From Lama glama (lineage: Eukaryota): a stretch of 64,000 nt of DNA. The notes beneath the pieces are model-generated. The model saw only the letters and a list, made by a program, of their open reading frames with translations, had not been told where the DNA came from and made no database searches. Positions within the stretch are counted from its first letter, which is position 1, and the number at the start of each line of letters is the position of its first letter. A program made the position numbers and the translations under genes. Location of the stretch: the NCBI GenBank assembly GCA_028534125.1, contig CM052817.1, forward strand, positions 6,822,001 to 6,886,000, read 5' to 3'. This document shows, one piece after another, positions 62,479 through 64,000 of this stretch.

Positions 62479-62978
62479 NNNNNNNNNNNNNNNNNNNNNN
62501 NNNNNNNNNNNNNNNNNNNNNNNNNNNNNNNNNNNNNNNNNNNNNNNNNNNNNNNNNNNNNNNNNNNNNNNNNNNNNNNNNNNNNNNNNNNNNNNNNNNN
62601 NNNNNNNNNNNNNNNNNNNNNNNNNNNNNNNNNNNNNNNNNNNNNNNNNNNNNNNNNNNNNNNNNNNNNNNNNNNNNNNNNNNNNNNNNNNNNNNNNNNN
62701 NNNNNNNNNNNNNNNNNNNNNNNNNNNNNNNNNNNNNNNNNNNNNNNNNNNNNNNNNNNNNNNNNNNNNNNNNNNNNNNNNNNNNNNNNNNNNNNNNNNN
62801 NNNNNNNNNNNNNNNNNNNNNNNNNNNNNNNNNNNNNNNNNNNNNNNNNNNNNNNNNNNNNNNNNNNNNNNNNNNNNNNNNNNNNNNNNNNNNNNNNNNN
62901 NNNNNNNNNNNNNNNNNNNNNNNNNNNNNNNNNNNNNNNNNNNNNNNNNNNNNNNNNNNNNNNNNNNNNNNNNNNNNN
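62479..62978. other. Assembly gap, exactly 500 N (probably a placeholder size)
   Basis: N run seen directly. Confidence 0.99.
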
Positions 62979-63120
62979 TTCTGCATCGATTGAGATGATC
63001 ATGTGGTTTTTGTCCTTTCTCTTGTTGATGTGATGTATTACATTGATTGATTTGCGTATGTTGAACCAGCCTTGTGTCCCTGGGATGAACCCCACTTGGT
63101 CATGATGTATAATCTTTTTT
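62979..63120 (-). mobile_element. Young L1 ORF2 RT fragment (visible 5'-truncated end)
   Basis: Translates [38 protein letters not shown]; homologous to ~21916-22058. Confidence 0.95.
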
Positions 63121-64000
63121 ATTACAAGATATTGAATGTAGCTCCCTGTGCTATACAGTACTAACTACTATATATAAAATAGGTAAACATATATGTGTGT
63201 CTATCTTCAGATCCTGAACTCCAATTTGTCCCTCCATACCCCCATCCTTCCCTGGTAACCATAAATTTGTTTTCCATGTCTGTGAGTCTGTCTCTGTTTT
63301 GTAAATACATTTATTAGTGTTCTTTTTTAGATTCCACGTATGCATGTTATCATATAATATTTTTCTTTCTCTTTCTGGCTTACTTCACTTAGAATGACAA
63401 TCTTCAGGTCCATCCATGTTGCTGCAAATGGTATTATTTACTTCTTTTTTATGCTTGAGTAGTATTCCATTGTGTATATATATAACACAACTTCTTTATT
63501 CAATCATCTGTTGATGGACATATAGGTTGCTTTCATGTCTTGGGTATTGCACATAGTGCTGCTGTGAACATTGGGTTGCATGTATCTTTTTGAATTAGAG
63601 TCCCCCCTGGATATATGCCCAGGAATGGGATTGCTGAATCATAGGGTAAGTCTATTTTCAGTTTTTTAATGATTCTCCATACTGTTTTCCATAATAGCTG
63701 CACTAAACTGCATTCCTACCAGCAGCGTAGGAGGGTTTCCTTTTCTCCACACCCTCTCCAGCATTTGTCATTTGTGGACTTTTGAATGATGGCCAATGAT
63801 GGTGTGAGGTGATACCTCATTGTAGTTTAGATTTGCATTTCTCTGGAAATTAGTGATACTGAGCATTTTTAAAAATGACTATTATTACTATTATTCTCAC
63901 TTAACCCAAAATCACTGAGACTGGCATTGGTCAATTGACTATGTTAATATAATTCAGCTCATAAGGAGCAGAGCGGGGACTCCACCCTGCCTCCCTGACT

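Larger units (their letters stand above)
62415..63870 (-). mobile_element. L1 3' UTR / ORF2 end (artiodactyl/camelid type), interrupted by the gap and a younger L1 piece
   Basis: ttattatttaattgaagtatagtcc (poly-A end) ... attacaagatattgaatgtagctccc ... ggtgtgaggtgatacctcattgtag; homologous to 38823-39286. Confidence 0.9.

Noticed and set aside
62427..63095. 222-aa and 171-aa ORFs in the track
   Set aside because: Artefacts of translating the N gap; only the short L1 RT part is real.
1..64000. CRISPR arrays, operons, rRNA, CpG-island promoter, processed pseudogene, host-gene strand inferred from L1 bias
   Set aside because: This is eukaryotic repeat-rich DNA and none of these features was seen. 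L1 orientations are mixed, so no host-gene strand can be inferred.

Overview
This is mammalian non-coding DNA, most likely from a camelid (alpaca, llama or camel). The evidence is three tRNA-Ala-derived short SINEs of the camelid vic-1 type and camelid-type L1 3' ends. I recognise no host protein-coding gene, and the ORF track is noise except for L1 ORF2 reverse-transcriptase fragments. Much of the window is layered transposon fossils: L1 of several ages, HAL1, L2, L3/CR1, MIR, MaLR/ERVL LTRs, and hAT and Tigger MITEs. It also has microsatellites and one 500-N scaffold gap. The most notable items are: (i) a two-LTR MLT1G/H-type MaLR provirus remnant (~20.57-23.66 kb) interrupted by a young internal L1 RT fragment with no 3' UTR, no clear poly(A) and no TSD; (ii) a 31-bp micro-inversion inside an L1 3' UTR; (iii) a frame-preserving 27-nt microexon-like signal at 18315-18341, plus a few other + strand exon-like signals; (iv) several short hairpins; (v) repeat-free blocks that may be conserved enhancers. 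I found no evidence of a novel multi-gene system. Repeat family names come from recalled consensus similarity, not from a search, and boundaries are approximate unless a TSD is given.
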